From a bacterium (GTDB taxonomy: Bacteria; Sysuimicrobiota; Sysuimicrobiia; Sysuimicrobiales; Humicultoraceae), in contig JAVHLI010000001.1 of assembly GCA_031082185.1 (NCBI GenBank), positions 313,980 to 377,979 of the forward strand: a DNA stretch of 64,000 nucleotides, written 5' to 3'. The number at the start of each line of letters is the position of its first letter. The first letter of the stretch is position 1. The notes beneath the pieces were generated by a model. The model did not search any database, had not been told where the DNA came from, and worked only from the letters and a program-made list of their open reading frames with translations. The translations under genes were made by a program, and so were the position numbers. Shown one piece after another: positions 62,297-64,000 of this stretch.

Positions 62297-62734
62297 ATGA
62301 GGCACGCCTCCGGAGAGCGGGCCTACTCGCTCATAGAGTTAGTGGCTGTGCTGTCCCTTGTGGGGATCCTGCTTTCGGCCGCCGTCCACGGGATTCGCCT
62401 GGCCGCCGCCCGCGAGGAAGTTGACGGGTGGGTCCGTGGCGTGGCGGCCGACCTCAGCTCCGGGCAGCAGGATGCGATCACCCGGCGAGTTAGCGTGCGT
62501 GCGACGTTCCTGAATCAGACATACACGATCGCCGTGGTCGGCGGCGCAACCCTCCGACAGGAAGTCCTGCCCGGGCACATCACATTTGGGTCTCCACAGC
62601 AGCAGGTGGTCTTCGACCGCAGGGGCGTGCCCTCGACACCGCTGACGCTGACGGTAAGCAGCACCTCTACCGGGCGGTCGTACACCATTCGGGTGGAAGA
62701 CGGCACAGGCCGGGTGAGCTACAGTGAACCGTAG
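62297..62734 (+). CDS. Prepilin-type N-terminal cleavage/methylation-domain protein (pilin/pseudopilin-like)
   Basis: MRHASGERAYSLIELVAVLSLVGILL; atypical residues around the cleavage site; start could be GTG 62255. Confidence 0.55.
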   Translation: MRHASGERAYSLIELVAVLSLVGILLSAAVHGIRLAAAREEVDGWVRGVAADLSSGQQDAITRRVSVRATFLNQTYTIAVVGGATLRQEVLPGHITFGSPQQQVVFDRRGVPSTPLTLTVSSTSTGRSYTIRVEDGTGRVSYSEP

Positions 62735-63161
62735 GAGGCCCGGGCGCGGCTTCACCCTGATAGAAGTGGTCGTGGCCGTGGCCGTCCTGGGAATGATGGC
62801 CACCACCGTGCTGGGGGGTGTGCTCTTCAGCCTGACCCAGTCGCGCAGGGCCTTCATCCGGGCGCAGGCCGCGGCCTGGGTGCAGTCGGAGCTGGACTTC
62901 CTGCGTGTCCAGGGCTACGGGGTACCGATCACGACCGCACCGCGCAGGTTCCCCGACACCGCTTTGGCCAACAACGGATACCTTGACTACGCGGATCTAC
63001 TGGAGCCCCGCGTGCCGGCCGGGTTCCACCAAGCAGAGGTGGAGGTTACCCCGATCTCCGGTCTGCCGCTCAAGCGACTCGTGGTACGGCTGTACCAGAC
63101 ACCGGCCTCGCCGCCATACACTATCCTGGTGACCTATGTGGCGAACTTCACCTACCAGTAG
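62724..63161 (+). CDS. Pseudopilin (type IV pilin-like, GspH/I-like)
   Basis: Classic GRGFTLIEVVVAVAVL class III signal. Confidence 0.7.
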   Translation: MNRRRPGRGFTLIEVVVAVAVLGMMATTVLGGVLFSLTQSRRAFIRAQAAAWVQSELDFLRVQGYGVPITTAPRRFPDTALANNGYLDYADLLEPRVPAGFHQAEVEVTPISGLPLKRLVVRLYQTPASPPYTILVTYVANFTYQ

Positions 63162-63885
63162 GGCTGCGGCCAGGGCCCCGGCGCAGGCGGGCCAGGCCGG
63201 GACAACCCTGGTTGAGATGCTGGTTGCCGTCCTGGTGATGGTGATGATTATTGGGACGATGTCGGTGCTTGTGGGCGCAGCGATGCGCGGCAAGATGATC
63301 GTCGCGGTGCGTTCCGCCGACACCGAATCGGCGCGGCAGACCCTTGAGTGGATGTCCGAACGGCTGCGCAACGCCGGCCTGAACGTCTATCCCGACGCCC
63401 AGGCGCAGGTGCGCTGCAAGGACATGGTGGTGGCAGAGGACTCAGGTCTTCGCCCGCAGTCGGGGAGCGTTTACGTGAGCGGCGAGATCCTCAACTCGGA
63501 CACCGTGGCCGGGAACGAGGTCATCACCCTGGGCTACCGTCTGGAGAACGGGGCGGTTGTCGAGGAGAGGGCTCCGTGCTCTGTGGCCTGGAACTCGTCC
63601 ACCGTCTCTTCGTCGGTGGTCTCCAACCCGCGCATCCCGGTGACCGCGCTGGTGTTCAGATACTTCGCGCGCACCGGCGATCTGATTTCCGTCCCCATGG
63701 GCGGGCAGATCACCGACCCGGAGCAGGTCCGCGGCATCAGGCTCATCGAGATCACGCTGACGGTCCAGGGGGAAGAAGGCACGTCAGGTCCGCAGGCACA
63801 GACCTTCACACGCTTGGTCATGTTGCGGAACCCCCGGCCCGACGTGAACAACTGGCTCAGCCCAACGGAGACGTATCCGCCATGA
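63136..63885 (+). CDS. Pseudopilin, GspJ/PilW-like
   Basis: ...QAGTTLVEMLVAVLVMVMIIG prepilin motif after an unusually long leader. Confidence 0.55.
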   Translation: MWRTSPTSRAAARAPAQAGQAGTTLVEMLVAVLVMVMIIGTMSVLVGAAMRGKMIVAVRSADTESARQTLEWMSERLRNAGLNVYPDAQAQVRCKDMVVAEDSGLRPQSGSVYVSGEILNSDTVAGNEVITLGYRLENGAVVEERAPCSVAWNSSTVSSSVVSNPRIPVTALVFRYFARTGDLISVPMGGQITDPEQVRGIRLIEITLTVQGEEGTSGPQAQTFTRLVMLRNPRPDVNNWLSPTETYPP

Positions 63886-64000
63886 GAACCGCAAGAACCA
63901 TGGAACGGGGCGCGGCCCTGCTCTCCACGATCCTCGTCCTCATCATAATCATGATTGTTACCGCCACCGTGATGATCGTCGTCAGGTCCGACCTGGCGGC
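63882..64000 (+). CDS. GspK/PilX-like minor pseudopilin, 5' fragment (runs off window end)
   Basis: MRTARTMERGAALLSTILVLIIIMIVTATVMIV; ATGA overlap with previous gene. Confidence 0.5.
   Translation, partial: MRTARTMERGAALLSTILVLIIIMIVTATVMIVVRSDLA

Overview
This is a high-GC (~68-70%) bacterial chromosomal window that is almost entirely protein-coding. Many adjacent genes are translationally coupled through ATGA/GTGA/TTGA start-stop overlaps. I called about 65 CDS by matching six-frame ORFs to recognisable protein families, and I dismissed the many long antisense shadow ORFs typical of GC-rich DNA. Main contents follow.

(1) A ~13.4 kb minus-strand supercluster at 1-13403 combines two tandem paralogous NMT1/THI5-like ABC substrate-binding proteins with a putative N-heterocycle catabolic module. 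A NitT/TauT ABC ATPase sits at its far end. The module comprises two TrpB-like PLP enzymes, an ATCase-like and an OTCase-like transcarbamylase, carbamate kinase, a fused 2Fe-2S/molybdopterin XdhD-like hydroxylase, an SsnA-like amidohydrolase and an F420-type luciferase-like oxidoreductase. This is the most interesting candidate for an undescribed pathway; it resembles the E. coli ygeW-yqeA/ssnA-xdhD neighbourhood but its gene content differs.

(2) Three cis-regulatory RNAs were recognised directly from sequence: a SAM-I riboswitch plus intrinsic terminator before metY-metA, a T-box leader before an archaeal-type proS, and an FMN riboswitch before ribD-ribE-ribBA-ribH. Each is preceded by a good sigma70-like promoter.

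(3) A ~1.4 kb IS element has imperfect terminal inverted repeats and a transposase (rve/DDE) broken by an apparent 2-bp insertion.

(4) Other content:
- cell-wall/central genes ddl-dapF-apgM with an F420-dependent Ddn-like nitroreductase;
- sodA;
- an ECF sigma/anti-sigma/LTXXQ envelope-stress triad;
- a double thiolase-DUF35 operon;
- fabF;
- a P1B heavy-metal ATPase with an unusual CSC motif;
- a racemase-Lrp-peptide ABC-CapA-M28/PA peptidase-MDR cluster;
- a PotABCD-like ABC system;
- a pseudopilin cluster running off the window end.

No rRNA, tRNA or CRISPR array was found. Coordinates for CDS follow the supplied ORF track, with starts trimmed in frame. Small non-coding features were hand-counted and may be off by 1-2 nt.
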